Assembly: GCA_963825865.1 (NCBI GenBank)
Contig: CAWGVG010000009.1
Coordinates: 1-64,000, forward strand
DNA from: an uncultured Nitrososphaeraceae archaeon
GTDB taxonomy: Archaea > Thermoproteota > Nitrososphaeria > Nitrososphaerales > Nitrososphaeraceae
Length of the DNA: 64,000 bases
Direction: 5' to 3'
Part shown: one piece after another, positions 47,593 to 59,617 of the stretch
Numbering within the stretch: position 1 is the first letter of the stretch
Layout of the letters: each line of letters opens with the position of its first letter
The notes under the pieces: model-generated
Seen by the model: the letters and a program-made list of their open reading frames with translations, nothing else
Database searches by the model: none
What the model was told of the DNA's origin: nothing
Program-made: the position numbers and the translations under genes

Positions 47593-48096
47593 ATGATCAA
47601 TGAAGAATATGTACAATTTCACGGGAGGATGAAATTATTAGCAGAAATGGAAAAACAGTTTGATAATCAAAATGAACAATATTTCAAGTGCCTACTGACT
47701 CATACTGATAATGTAATTAGAACGCGTGCAGTATGCATTTTAGCCGATCTAGCTGGTGAAGATGCAGTCGAACCTATAAGTCAAGTTCTCAAGAAAGACA
47801 ATAATGCATTAGTTAGACACGAGGCAGCGTTTTCACTTGGTCAACTTGGTTTTACGAGCGCAGTAAATGCGCTCTCTGATGCGGTAAAGTTAGATCCAAG
47901 TCTATTTGTTAGACACGAAGCAGCAATTGCTTTGGGAGTAATAGGTTCTGAAGAAGCAAGGAAGATCCTTAATAAAGCATTAAATGATGATGAGAGTGAA
48001 GAAGTAAAAAGCTCTGCAATCATCGCACTTGCAAATCTTGACTATATCTCAATCATGAAAAGAAATAATGAATTCACTAAAATGACAGGAGGATGA
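47593..48096 (+). CDS. HEAT-repeat (PBS lyase / DOHH-like) protein
   Basis: VRHEAAFSLGQLG and VRHEAAIALGVIG repeats. Confidence 0.8.
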   Translation: MINEEYVQFHGRMKLLAEMEKQFDNQNEQYFKCLLTHTDNVIRTRAVCILADLAGEDAVEPISQVLKKDNNALVRHEAAFSLGQLGFTSAVNALSDAVKLDPSLFVRHEAAIALGVIGSEEARKILNKALNDDESEEVKSSAIIALANLDYISIMKRNNEFTKMTGG

Positions 48097-48144
48097 GTGA
48101 TTCGCTTATACCTCTATCTTTACTATAAAATATGCAAACATCAA

Positions 48145-50247
48145 CTAGTGAGCTGAGACAATTGAACCATCAGTACCCATAACAAATTGATAAATATTAT
48201 CAACATTGGAATCTTCAAAGATTTGCGCGTCATGCGTTATTATTACAATTTGAGATAGAGGTCCAACTCCTTCTCTGAATGCATCTGAAATAATTTTCAC
48301 TAGAGCTTTTCGTCTTTCGTCATCCAAATTGGTTGTTGGTTCGTCCAAAAAAATGAAATCCAGTTTGTTTGAACCCATCATATATGCAATTGCCAATCTC
48401 AGTGCAAGTGCCACTGCAACTTTTTCGCCTCCACTTAGAGAATCCATATCAATTTCGCCGTGCCTTCCAAAACACATCACCTCTACGTCTCGCGCCTTTT
48501 CTGTTAAGTCTATTCTTGAAATGCCAATATTAAACATTGAAGCATAGTCTGAGGCCTTCAAAGATATCATTTTCAATGCCCATGAACGAAGACTCAATCC
48601 AACAAATCCGTCCCTGTTAAATACTTCTGACCTGATATCTTCCAGCGTATTGACGTATTCAGCAGCATGTTCAAGTTCAGCAAGAATCTTGTTTGATGTA
48701 TCTATAATTTCTGTGGCCTCTTGAATAGATCTCTGCGATGCTCCTATTTTTGTATTGATTTCAAGAAGTTCGTTTGAAAGCCTCGTACGATTGAGCTTTG
48801 CATCTGTATATTCTTGTATTTTTAGTTCTTTTGTTTGCTCTCTCATTATACTGATTTTTTCAGCCAAGGACTTTGAAAAGTCATCAATTCCCAGCTGGAA
48901 GGGACCTTTTTCTACCTTTATGATATTCTTTGGAAGTTTTGATAAATCAGCTTTCTTTTGAAGAAGTTCTTCCTCTAATGATACTATATCTTGAAGGTTT
49001 GCAATACAATTTGTTGCTAGGAACTTTTCAGCTACTGCGACTTTCCTTTCTTTTTCTTCAAATGTATTTTCTTCCCTCTTAAGATTGGCCCTTTCTTTTA
49101 GTTCTTTGGTTTGCTCATCTATTTTCTGTTTTATTTCTTTTTGAATATGATTCACATCGAATACTTTATTAATTGTAGCAACGGATGAACTACAAACAGG
49201 ACATTTCCCATCCTTAATTTCTAGCCTGCTAGTACATTCTAACAATCCTTTTAGTCTTCCAGATTCTCCTTCATTATTGACAATTCTCTGTTGCACGTCT
49301 TCTAACTCTGCTCTTATCATCTGAAGGTTGATTTTGATTCCATCCTTTTCTGAGAAAATTACTAGGGAGTTACGGCCCTCCTTGGTAATACGCTCTAGTT
49401 TTACAATGTCACTGTAAATGCGATCTTTTGTTTCATTTACATATTTGACAAGAGCATTCTCAATTGTCTGTAGTTCCCGCGCTTGTAGAATCAAAGGTTC
49501 CATACGTTCGATCTCTTTTTCGATACAACGTAATTTTCCGTCAATTACATTACTATGATTTTTTAATTGGTTCAGAAGATGTTCTAATTCATAAAGATCT
49601 GCCATCTTTTGTTTGATTCCTCTTCTAATTGATTCAATTTGTTTGTCATCAAACCCTCCATTATGATCACGCAATCTTTCTCTAAAGCCGTCAATCACAT
49701 CGTGCATAGTCTGATAAGCAAGATCTAGCCTGTCAATGCCAATCAAATTGTTCAGCAACTCTTTGAATTCCTTAGGCTGTGACTCAATTATTTTGCTGAG
49801 CTCTCCTTGCTGGATGATTGCGGCTATTTTTAATTTCTTATAATCCATTCCGAGCACCTTTGCAACCTCTGCAGTCATAGATTCACCAAATTGCTTTCTT
49901 TCCCCAGAAATTATAATGCGTCGGTTGATATTGTTGTCCTCCCCGCCAGATAAGAATTCAAATTTCGCTGATATAGACTGTCCGGAACCGCCTAACTGTC
50001 TGTATGCGCTATATTCTCTGGAGCCAATAGAAAAGTTCAGATGTACATATGATGATGATGTGCCTCTACGTATAAGGTTCTTGTTTGATTTTCTTGTATG
50101 CTCTCCAAACAAAGCGAATGTTATTGCATCAATTACGCTCGATTTACCTGAACCATTATGACCAACAAAAATTGTAATTCCCTTATCGAACACTAGTGTA
50201 GTATTATTATGTGAAATGAAGTTATGTATCTTTATGTCTTTCATCAT
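48145..50247 (-). CDS. rad50: Rad50 ATPase
   Basis: GHNGSGKSS, Q-loop IQQGE, zinc hook CPVC, LSGGE, FLDEPT. Confidence 0.93.
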   Translation of the reverse strand: MMKDIKIHNFISHNNTTLVFDKGITIFVGHNGSGKSSVIDAITFALFGEHTRKSNKNLIRRGTSSSYVHLNFSIGSREYSAYRQLGGSGQSISAKFEFLSGGEDNNINRRIIISGERKQFGESMTAEVAKVLGMDYKKLKIAAIIQQGELSKIIESQPKEFKELLNNLIGIDRLDLAYQTMHDVIDGFRERLRDHNGGFDDKQIESIRRGIKQKMADLYELEHLLNQLKNHSNVIDGKLRCIEKEIERMEPLILQARELQTIENALVKYVNETKDRIYSDIVKLERITKEGRNSLVIFSEKDGIKINLQMIRAELEDVQQRIVNNEGESGRLKGLLECTSRLEIKDGKCPVCSSSVATINKVFDVNHIQKEIKQKIDEQTKELKERANLKREENTFEEKERKVAVAEKFLATNCIANLQDIVSLEEELLQKKADLSKLPKNIIKVEKGPFQLGIDDFSKSLAEKISIMREQTKELKIQEYTDAKLNRTRLSNELLEINTKIGASQRSIQEATEIIDTSNKILAELEHAAEYVNTLEDIRSEVFNRDGFVGLSLRSWALKMISLKASDYASMFNIGISRIDLTEKARDVEVMCFGRHGEIDMDSLSGGEKVAVALALRLAIAYMMGSNKLDFIFLDEPTTNLDDERRKALVKIISDAFREGVGPLSQIVIITHDAQIFEDSNVDNIYQFVMGTDGSIVSAH

Positions 50248-51443
50248 ATGCTGGTTTTCGATTCTCCTAATACTCTATTGTTAGCTGTCTTCTTAGTATC
50301 ATTATAGATTTTCCACAAAATATCCAATGCTGCACTTGCATCTCCACTACCTGCCAAAGGTAGAATATCGTTTATAGCAAGTGACGCCAGACCTTCCGAT
50401 TTTAATGCTTCCTTTGCAAGTCTTTTCAATTCGCTATCTATATCAACAGGTTTTCCATTATAGGATAGCGGAGACGACGAAGACTGCTGCTCTATTGGCT
50501 GCCAAACATAATGCAGACAGGAATTATTTAGTTTTACGAGTTGTGTTGCTACAACTTTGGAATCAATTTGCTTTCCTGATATCTTTAACATTGCTATGGG
50601 TTTCTTTTTATAACCCATAGTTTTTTTAATAATACCTAATAATTCATCTGCAATTGATTCATAATTTATGTCTGCAGCAAACTGTGCTCTTCTTTTCTCT
50701 AACTTTACCCAGTTTGTTGTTACTTCTTGTGCAGACATATCTGTCAGAAAGAATCCCTTCTCGACTTCCTTAATTCCCTCACTCGGGCTCAGATCAATTG
50801 AACCTGGATAAGATATCAACCCATCGAGGTAATCAAATCTCTTTTCGATATGATCATGATAATGTCCCATAGCATAGTAGTCAATTCCCTTCGGAAGGTC
50901 AGTAGAATTCAGTTCCCCCGCAAATCTGTTAAAATCTGCAAGACCCTGATGAAGCACAAGAATATTCTTGTTATTCTTTGCTCCATCGGCACCTTTTTGT
51001 TGTTTTGCTAGCTGCTCCGTAGTTTTGAATTGTTGCAAAAGACTCTCAATATTAGTTTTCCTCTCTTTATCAAAACCAAAAATAGTTATATTGCCATATC
51101 GTATAGGCTGATTTTCCTTTAGTCTGGTAGCCAATCTGAGGTTATGAAAGACGTATGGAACAGGAACATCCTGCATTCTGTTAATATCGTGTTCTCCAAG
51201 AATGAAATATACAGGGATAGCCATCTCCTTAAGTTTTTTGAGTTGATTCGCTAGCTTGATTATTGACGCCCCGCTTGGTCGCGGAGTATGAAAAATATCG
51301 CCTGCAAGTATAATTATTTCTGCATGTTCTTCTATTGATTTGTCAATTGCCTCTTCAAATATTTCATAAATGTCTTCTTCTCTTTCCTGTAGATTGAATT
51401 GTGAGTATCCAAGATGAATATCAGAGATATGGGAAATTAACAA
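50244..51443 (-). CDS. mre11: Mre11 nuclease
   Basis: SDIHLG, AGDIFH, GEHD, HQG, MGHYH, YPGS. Confidence 0.92.
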   Translation of the reverse strand: MLISHISDIHLGYSQFNLQEREEDIYEIFEEAIDKSIEEHAEIIILAGDIFHTPRPSGASIIKLANQLKKLKEMAIPVYFILGEHDINRMQDVPVPYVFHNLRLATRLKENQPIRYGNITIFGFDKERKTNIESLLQQFKTTEQLAKQQKGADGAKNNKNILVLHQGLADFNRFAGELNSTDLPKGIDYYAMGHYHDHIEKRFDYLDGLISYPGSIDLSPSEGIKEVEKGFFLTDMSAQEVTTNWVKLEKRRAQFAADINYESIADELLGIIKKTMGYKKKPIAMLKISGKQIDSKVVATQLVKLNNSCLHYVWQPIEQQSSSSPLSYNGKPVDIDSELKRLAKEALKSEGLASLAINDILPLAGSGDASAALDILWKIYNDTKKTANNRVLGESKTSI

Positions 51444-51738
51444 AGCAAACTTTCAAAGAAAGTTATACACGATATAATATTATATCTGTTTTCATATCTT
51501 TTTTAATGCCGTTCTACGTTGTTAAGAGGAGCCTATAACACCCAAGACAGCTGCCGCTATAATCATGTAGGCATGCATGATCGATATTTGAGTAGATGTG
51601 TCACATGCACTTGAGCCGTTACTTAAAAGAAAGAAGTCCATCCTTCGATATGGCATTTAGAAGAAGCTGCTTTTTTGATGATCTTCTGTCATAGTATATA
51701 CATACAGAAATACACTCACACATAGAGAGGCCATTATA

Positions 51739-53293
51739 TCAATCCTGGACGTAGCCTTTCCTAATATATGATTGGGTCGATTCTCTGGCCATTTGGTTTT
51801 GAATTTGACTATTTTTCCATTCTGCAACTGGATCTCGGATCGGCTCCCATCATCCGATCCTTTGCCTCATCTATCCTGGCAAAAGAGGGCAAATTGACCC
51901 ACTGGCCTATCAAAAGAGCTTCTCCTGGATTAAGAGAAGGTAGCTGTTCTAAGAGCTTAGGACTCAATGATTCACTTGCTGCTGCTACTTGGGTTTGATC
52001 TTCCTGTTGAACAATTTTCATTATTGCTAATGAACCCATCTGACTTAAGACAGCAGAATCAATTGAACGAGGGCGCTGAGAAACTACGATTAAACCCATA
52101 CCAAATTTCCTTCCTTCTCTTGCAACTTTTGCAGCAAAATATTTTGTATCAGTATACTCTTGTTTGGGAATAAAGACATGGGCTTCTTCAATCACTACTA
52201 ATATTGGGTTCTTGAATCTGACAAAATCGCTGCCATTATTATTGTTTTTATTGATATTTTTTGCATTCTTACGATCCGCAAGTAAGGATTCCAAGTAAAA
52301 AGCTATTGCTATATTTGCCTGTTTTTCAGTTAATTCTAGTAAACTGATTATGTTTACCTTGCCTTCCTTTATCATTGCCACTGGGTCGGATGCATCCGCT
52401 TGTAGGATATTCCTGAGTTTTCTACGTGCTTCCTTGACTTTGTCCTTAACCCTTTCTGCAGATGATTTAGTACGCTTTTCCATTTTCTCTATATTTTCTA
52501 TATTTTCTTCAAGGGTCTGCCAAAAGTCATCTTCTACCCTCTGCTTGAGATCATCATCAAATGCCTTTGATAGGATAGTTTTTTGGACGTCTGCAATATC
52601 TCTGATTTCTATAACTTCGGCAAATTTATCAGTGGATAATAACCTTGGATTTATCTTTGCAGGAATAAGATTTGCATTTCTTATATTGAGTCCTTTATAG
52701 TCATCATGATAATCAAAAATAGTCATTGTTCCTGGAATTTCTGAAACAGCTTTCGCAATCAGTGTAACAAGGTTGCTTTTTCCCATCCCTGTCATGGCAA
52801 GTATTCCAAGGTGTCTTGTAGTCACCTTATTGATGTTGATTTTAACCTCAACATCTTTTTGTCTAAGTAATGTTCCAATTCTTAGCCATTCATCCTTCAC
52901 TGGCTCAAAAATAATTTTCAATTCATTGGGTCTTGTTTCGAAAACTTCAGTTCCTGGCAAGGGAGGAATTTCTGGAATTATTGTTTTACATTTTTGTAGC
53001 TCTTCAATAAGACCCAAGATTTTTACATTTGCTTTATAGCTCTTGTCACGTCTATTTTCGGATGCTATCTGTTTGCTCTCCAGCGCTTCTTCAAAGTTAG
53101 AAATATCATCACTCAGAGCCTCACTTTCAATTGAAGAGGATTCAACAACTCCGAGAACTTTTCTGCCTTGTGAATTTAGTATAACAACATATTCGCCAAG
53201 ACTTATAGGGCGTCTGGCTTCAAACGTCACCCGGTCTGGTTTCGTGGGACCTACGACAATACCAATTTCCAAAGATCCATTGTTATCGTTCAT
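51739..53293 (-). CDS. herA: HerA helicase/translocase (frameshift near C-terminus)
   Basis: HAS barrel, HLGILAMTGMGKS, IEEAH, AREGRKFG, SQRP; corrected end YIRKGYVQD*. Confidence 0.9.
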
Positions 53294-53587
53294 TCAGAGC
53301 ATCAGCCCACACAGTATATCTTACCAATAAACTATAGGGATCATAACCCTGCCTGCTATATATCTTCATTATGTATTTTGCATGTTTGGACTATAACAAG
53401 CTAGCCTAAAAATTTTGATACGTTTTTTAAAATAGTAGTAGCATCATCAGGAAAGACCTTCTAATAATAATATATAGAGGTATTTTGCGTATGACTATTA
53501 TCGCTGCTGCATTCTTTTTTTGCTCATTGCAGTAATTTCGTTAGTGATCACACAAAAAAATAGAAAACAAAAAATTATTCAATAAGA

Positions 53588-54644
53588 CTACGTCATTATC
53601 TCACTGAGACGTCCTTTTTTGCTCGCTATTTTTATTTCACGTGCTATTCTTCTTCCCATACTCATAGGTTCATTAAAAATTAATCCAGAATAAGGCGAGC
53701 CATCGAGATAGAGGTTTGTTCCTGCAACGATCCTTGCCGAAAACTCAAATGCGATAAATTTTCCTTCTCTGTCATATACACCTTCAAGGCAAAAAGGACC
53801 TGTCATAGCTGGTGGCGGTACAAGGCGTTTTGCTCGCCTCTACAAATCTTTCTCCCATCGCATAAGCTTCCACAAGTAATGATTCTCTTAAAACAAGTGG
53901 AATGTTGCCCACGACGTTATATGATGGCTCCAATTCCACACCAAGCTGTTGTTTAGCAGGAATTCTGCCTATACCGTCAATATCAGATTCGTACCTTTTG
54001 TCGACACCCATCAGCTCTAGCTCATTAGTTAATGGGGAATAAAAGAACTGCAGATAGGTTGGAACGCCCATGACATATTCCTGGATATATAAATCATCTT
54101 CATTTTTGATCGCATTCTGCTCAACCAATTTCCTAGCACCTTCTTCGAAAGTTTTCTTATTCCAAGCCAGAAAATAACCACGTCCACCTGCTGCTCCATG
54201 CAATTTTACAATACATAGTTTCCCAATATCGTTTTTCGATTTGATGTGTCTTGGAGTAATCAATTGGGATTCCTCCATTAGTTTCTGTTTTAGTTCCCTA
54301 TCTGCTTCCCATCGCAGAATCCATTTGTTTCCAAAAATTGGAGTAGTGAGGCTTTCGATCTGTTCACTGTTCATATATGCAATTAATGTCCCAATAGGAA
54401 TGATGATAGAATTAGTTTGACTGAGACGTTGTTGACACGAATGACCTAAAATTTCATTAAAATTTTCCACTACAATCATCTCATCGATAAAGTTAAATCT
54501 TTTGTAAAGACTGAGTCGTCTTTTCTCACAGACTAGCAGTGTTCTAAAACCTTCAATTTTTGCACCTTTTAGCACTTGGAGCGAACAATGGGATCCTAGT
54601 GTAGCGATTGTATAGCTTTTTTTGTTTAATGCCTTTTTTATCAA
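53588..54644 (-). CDS. purP: PurP-family formate-dependent AICAR formyltransferase (frameshifted)
   Basis: [50 protein letters not shown]. Confidence 0.9.
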
Positions 54645-54722
54645 GACATGATATAACTATATTCGAGAGATTAAAATACTTCTTCGTAATGAATATACTG
54701 CTCCAACACTTATGAGGTATTC

Positions 54723-55694
54723 ATGTATAACAAGATAGCACACACTGCTGAGCATGCTTTTATAGGATCACTACAAAAGTTACTTGGTCAAACGGTAAAA
54801 GTCAGAAAGGTAGAGCATTATGAATCTTCTAATACAGCCTTTATTACTATTTCCCAACTCGATTTAGATTTACTATTAAGAGCAGAATCAGAAGTAAATT
54901 CTCTTATTACAACAGGAAGGAAAATTACGGTCTATTCGTTTGAATCATTAAGCGAAGCAAAAAAATGTCTACCTAAATTACGTGCAAACGAAGAAAGAAT
55001 AACAACATTCCAACCAGTACGTGTCGTAGAAATTGAAGGTCATGATCAATGCGCATGTACAATGGATCATGCAGAGAATATCAGTGATTGTGAATTCTTT
55101 CTCGTAACTAGGATATCTAAAAGTGGTAACGAACATGAGGTAAATTTTGTAGTAGGAAAACAGGCTAAAGAAACTGCAATCACATTATCAGTAAAACTAC
55201 TAAAGGTTTGTAACGAAATAGGGGCAAACTTAAACACAGTTGAGAACACAGTAAGAAAATTGAAAATTGAAAATGAAGACAATCTTAACAAGTTAAAAAA
55301 GCTAACTAGAGAAAAGCTCGATAGCCTCAGGTCCGATAACAACAATAATAGTGGAATATCAATTATTCAAGGAATATTTTCTGGGTTAGAAGAGGAAGAG
55401 ATTCGTAAATTTGCAGGTACGAAGATTGCTGAATCAAAAAATACACTAATCATCGTTGTCAATTCAAATAACGATTCAGATGCTAATGCGAATATTGTAT
55501 TAGCAAGAAACGAGGAGTCGCTAAACGTTGACTGCAATAAATTGTTCAAACAAGTCTCTGGTGCCGATGGAAAGGGTGGAGGAAAACCTCATTTTGTTAC
55601 AGGTATGATAAAAAAGAATAGAGTACATAATATTATGAACGAAATTATTCAAGAAATCATTAAGCATAAAAGTACAATAAAACACATAGTCTGA
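54723..55694 (+). CDS. AlaX-like tRNA editing protein with DHHA1 domain
   Basis: HTAEH, HDQCACTMDH, GKGGGKPHFVTG. Confidence 0.8.
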   Translation: MYNKIAHTAEHAFIGSLQKLLGQTVKVRKVEHYESSNTAFITISQLDLDLLLRAESEVNSLITTGRKITVYSFESLSEAKKCLPKLRANEERITTFQPVRVVEIEGHDQCACTMDHAENISDCEFFLVTRISKSGNEHEVNFVVGKQAKETAITLSVKLLKVCNEIGANLNTVENTVRKLKIENEDNLNKLKKLTREKLDSLRSDNNNNSGISIIQGIFSGLEEEEIRKFAGTKIAESKNTLIIVVNSNNDSDANANIVLARNEESLNVDCNKLFKQVSGADGKGGGKPHFVTGMIKKNRVHNIMNEIIQEIIKHKSTIKHIV

Positions 55695-55780
55695 TCGAGG
55701 GGGCATCGCTTTTATGTAAATATTTAGAATTATATATGTTATCATAGAGACAGCAGAAGAGGAACAATCAATTGCTAAAA

Positions 55781-55981
55781 TCAATGTTTTTTACCAACTG
55801 AGCTGTTATCAGTCTCTTTCTCTACAGCTTCTATATGACATTGATGACCTCTATGTTCCTTATCCAACATTCTTGCTTCTTCATTAGAGATGGGGAATTG
55901 TCCTTCATGAAGATGCGATTCTCCTTCCTTTTCTAAAAGAACTTTTTTGCAATTATCACAGATTAACTGTTGTATTATCAT
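55781..55981 (-). CDS. Small putative zinc-binding protein
   Basis: CDNC...HRGHQCH. Confidence 0.6.
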   Translation of the reverse strand: MIIQQLICDNCKKVLLEKEGESHLHEGQFPISNEEARMLDKEHRGHQCHIEAVEKETDNSSVGKKH

Positions 55982-56300
55982 TCTAAGAGTATTTTTAATC
56001 TCAATAATATTTAGACTATTCCTTTTTCATAATTTCTATACTGCATTAATTCTGTAAGGCTATTGAATATTTATTTACCAAAAAAGAAAATCTAATTCCG
56101 CTAAAAAATAACGAAATGACAGACACTGCAAAGTTTTTTTCATTATTGCCTATAAGCAAAACAATTAGTTCATTCATGTGTGTATTATTTTTTGAGTAAT
56201 GATAAGTCTTCCATCATATGCTTGTCCAAACAAGCATTGGCAATGGATTATTCAAAAAAAAGCTATAAAAGATTACATCATATGTCTAAAGCGCTAGCTT

Positions 56301-56606
56301 TTACTTCTTTAATATTCCTTTAAAAGTGTTACGCACAGTTCCAATCATCCCTTTCCGATTTTCCTTCTTTGCAACTAATTTGAAACACTCTGGGCATAAT
56401 GCACGCAAATTAGCCGGGCGATTGTCTTTCAAAGAGCCACTGATATGCTCAAAGTGAGGATGAATACTTGCACTAAATTTTATCGAACACTTTTGGCATC
56501 GATGGTGTGCCCTTTCCAAAACTGTTTGCCTTATGCTCATTGTAAGCCGCTCATATTTGCTTTTATCAACCTTCTCGCTTGGAGTCCCCCCGAAAAATGA
56601 CAACAT
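56301..56606 (-). CDS. Small HNH-like protein
   Basis: RQTVLERAHHRCQKC...FEHI...NRPANLRALCPECF; final His replaced. Confidence 0.65.
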   Translation of the reverse strand: MLSFFGGTPSEKVDKSKYERLTMSIRQTVLERAHHRCQKCSIKFSASIHPHFEHISGSLKDNRPANLRALCPECFKLVAKKENRKGMIGTVRNTFKGILKK

Positions 56607-56999
56607 TTTATATCAAATTACCTTAAACTTATTTCTTACTGAATGGTTAGAGAGGATTAGATTCTTTGCTTTGATTATGATAGAATATATTATATCTAAA
56701 TAGTTATACACAAATGGTATTATTATTAACTTTACTCTGAATATTGCTCTTATTACTCTTGCATTTTAGTACACGTAATAACAATACAAACATCATTAGG
56801 TAAGCATTTGTTATCATTATATTATATTTATTTTTAAACTTGTTTTTTGCTAATTTGTCTGTCATTTGATTTCTTATAAGGAGTATTTTCATGTACAAAA
56901 CGATATCAGGTAAAATATTTTGATAGCAGCTTTGATAGCAGAAAATGGGATAGATATATTTATATCCATTTGGGATATTATCATTTCATTGATATAAAA

Positions 57000-57788
57000 T
57001 CATTTTAATGTAGCAACATCTATTTTTGCATATATCTTTTGAAATTTATTCTCCATTTCTTCACGCATAGCTTTCATATCTTGCATTTCTTTATCTTTCT
57101 CATAATTTAGACTCCACACTTTTACCACTAGCTTCCAAAGTTGAATAGTCCAAAAACGTCAGATACTTCATACATTTACTAACATAAATTTCTCTTCTCG
57201 CTGGCTCCTTCCTTGTGTAATAAGGGCTCTTGTTATGGTCTAAAAACCACTTAGAGTAATCTGTATTTGTTTGGTCGCTAATTACAGACTTGAGAAATCT
57301 GCGAAAAGAATGCAAAGTTATTTTTCTTCGTCTTTGCTTCCCTTCTTTTCTTTGATCTAAACCTACTATCGTAAGTAACTTTTCGAATCAACAATATTTT
57401 GATATATGCCATGTGGATTAACACTCTTATTATTGTAAATACTAGATCTTCTTCATTTCTAATTCTTGGTCTTTCTTCATTATTATATTTCCATTCCAGC
57501 CATTGTTTAAAGTATTGCGTTGCTTCATCTGAGATGTAAATATTCCTTGCAGTTTTTGTCTTTGAATATTCCTTTCTGATATGAATTTTAGTTGGGTTAA
57601 CTGTAAATCAACATCTTTTAACCTAATTGCCAGACCCTCTATTGCTCTCATACCACCACTAGCCAAAACTAACAGGTATGCTTTGAGTCGTCTATTATTA
57701 CACGAAAGTAAAATCTTTCTAATATCTGAGGCATCTAGGGCTTCATCTTCTCTATATAATTTTGGCATCTTCACCTTTCTCTCCCATG
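57000..57788 (-). pseudogene. Tyrosine integrase remnant, 5' end replaced by an IS5 fragment
   Basis: EALDASDIRKILLSCNNRRLKAYLLVLASGGMRAIE...LHSFRRF...WFLDH...Y; coiled-coil tail. Confidence 0.85.
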
Positions 57789-58390
57789 TGATTGCTCTTG
57801 ATAGTACTGGTATCAAAGTAACTAACAGAGAGATGAGTGGCTGCCTCATAAATGGAATGTAAGAAAAGGATATCTCAAGATACACATAGCTGTTGATATT
57901 AAGAAAAAGAAAATTGTTTCACTTGATGTCACAAGTGAAGAAGTACATGATGGCAGCAGATTAAAGAAACTTGTAGACAATGCTTTAGAAAACAACACTC
58001 TGAAAAAAGTAATTGCAGATGGAGCATATGATAATAAAGAAAATTTTCAATATCTTTTAGATAATAATATTGAGGCTGCAATCAAAGTAAGGAAAAACTC
58101 TACTACATATGACAGATCGATAGGCTGTTATTCAAGAAAAATAGATGTGCTGAAGCAGCTAAAGCATTTTGAAAAATGGAAGACCAAAGTTAGTGATAGC
58201 TCTAGGTGGATAGCTGAAACAGTATTCTCATCTTTAAAACGTATGTTTGGAGAACATGTGTCTACAAGGAAGTTTCCAAACATGGTTAAGGAAATGATGC
58301 TAAAAGCATCGTTATACAATATGTTTATTGTAGAAAAATAGATTGTGAAGGCGACCTCACATAGTATGGTCAGGAGTTATGCAACAATGC
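57788..58390 (+). mobile_element. 5'-truncated IS5-family (ISH1-group-like) element
   Basis: VIALDSTGIKV...YLKIHIAVD...HDG...ADGAYD...RWIAETVFSSLKRMFGE...KASLYNMF; terminal gttatgcaacaatgc. Confidence 0.85.
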
Positions 58391-58546
58391 ACATAACCTC
58401 TATTATTTTTTCAATTTTTAATGAATAAGAGTGAGTGAGTAGACTCGCTGTACACTCTTAAAATTTTGTGTTTTAATGCTTCCTTTGTGGTGGTGGTTGG
58501 TCAACTAGCTAGTAGTAAAATACTTCCTACAGTCTACTATTTCATA

Positions 58547-58726
58547 CTAAAATATTTCCTCATCCTTCCTTATTCCTGCTAAGCCAGTCTTGATCCCTAC
58601 GGCACATTCCATACAGACACTTGTTGAGAATGGAAAGTTCTTCATACAACTTTTGCAGGTAGGTCTTTTGCATGTTGGACAAGGCTTTGTAAATGTCTGC
58701 ATATTACATAAGTAACAGAAGCTCAT
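58547..58726 (-). CDS. Small cysteine-rich zinc-finger protein
   Basis: CYLC...CPTC...CKSC...CMEC. Confidence 0.55.
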   Translation of the reverse strand: MSFCYLCNMQTFTKPCPTCKRPTCKSCMKNFPFSTSVCMECAVGIKTGLAGIRKDEEIF

Positions 58727-58839
58727 ATACAATATCAAATACGCACTTCTTACCTAAAAGTTTATTTGAGTATTTATGTGCAGATGATGGTTTAAAAGAG
58801 AATTGTGTTTATTTTATTATCACTTAACTAATAGTAGGC

Positions 58840-59036
58840 TATGCAAAGCAGGAAAGACATTAAGTAACGTGCAGGTAATCACTCACTTCTACGATATCAA
58901 TGGCAATAATGTCGGAGGACTCCAGCAAGTACCAATCAGCCCTACAACGCTAAAGTCATTTCAATCTGGAGTATTTAATATTAAAGCGCCCACATCAGCA
59001 ATGAGTGTAACGCCATCGTTCCAAGATATGAGATGA
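58840..59036 (+). pseudogene. FxLYD-like domain fragment
   Basis: LSNVQVITHFYDINGNNVG...PTTLKSFQSGVF; no proper N-terminus. Confidence 0.45.
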
Positions 59037-59049
59037 TGATAAATAATAA

Positions 59050-59617
59050 CTAAGCAAGAGCTCCAAGACGTTGTGGTGCCTGCTGTGAACCAGGTAGGAT
59101 TTCATCCATTTCTATACCAAAAGGATCTGTTATCGTTCTGCGGGAAGAAGAACACTATTCATCTTGAAGCTTATATCCCGCTGACCAGAGGGTACAGTTA
59201 ACAGCATTGTAAATATCCATCTAGTTCTTTTGTGTAAAGTATCATTGGTTATTATGAACGAGATTCCACCTTGATGGCGATAGTGCTTCTTCTATAGAAC
59301 CGCTATGAAACCATACAACTTGTCCATTTTTCGAATTCTAATTAACCACCGAGACTTTACAGAAAAGAGTATCTATTACTTTACAATACTCTTAACCACC
59401 CAACTATTCTAGCAGTAGCAAAGAAGCATGGCAACAAAACGCCAGCCCAGGTATTGATACGCTGGAGCTTGCAGACATGGCTTGGTCGTAATTCCAAAAT
59501 CCATACGCAAGGACCGGATCCATAGAACATCCAGGTGTTTGACTTCCAGCTTGGACATGAAGATATGAGAATCCTAGACTCGCTGGACGAGAATTTGCAG
59601 ATAGACAGAGGCCGTTA
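59050..59617 (+). pseudogene. Aldo/keto reductase remnant
   Basis: [46 protein letters not shown]; interrupted by a 190-bp insertion. Confidence 0.8.
59202..59391. mobile_element. 190-bp MITE-like insertion
   Basis: TTAA on both flanks (59198-59201, 59392-59395); TIRs cagcattgtaaa / tttacaatactc (10/12). Confidence 0.65.

Noticed and set aside
21620-53330. Many antisense ORFs in the track (e.g. 21620, 23087, 33814, 37340, 52350-53330)
   Set aside because: Shadows of well-supported genes on the opposite strand.
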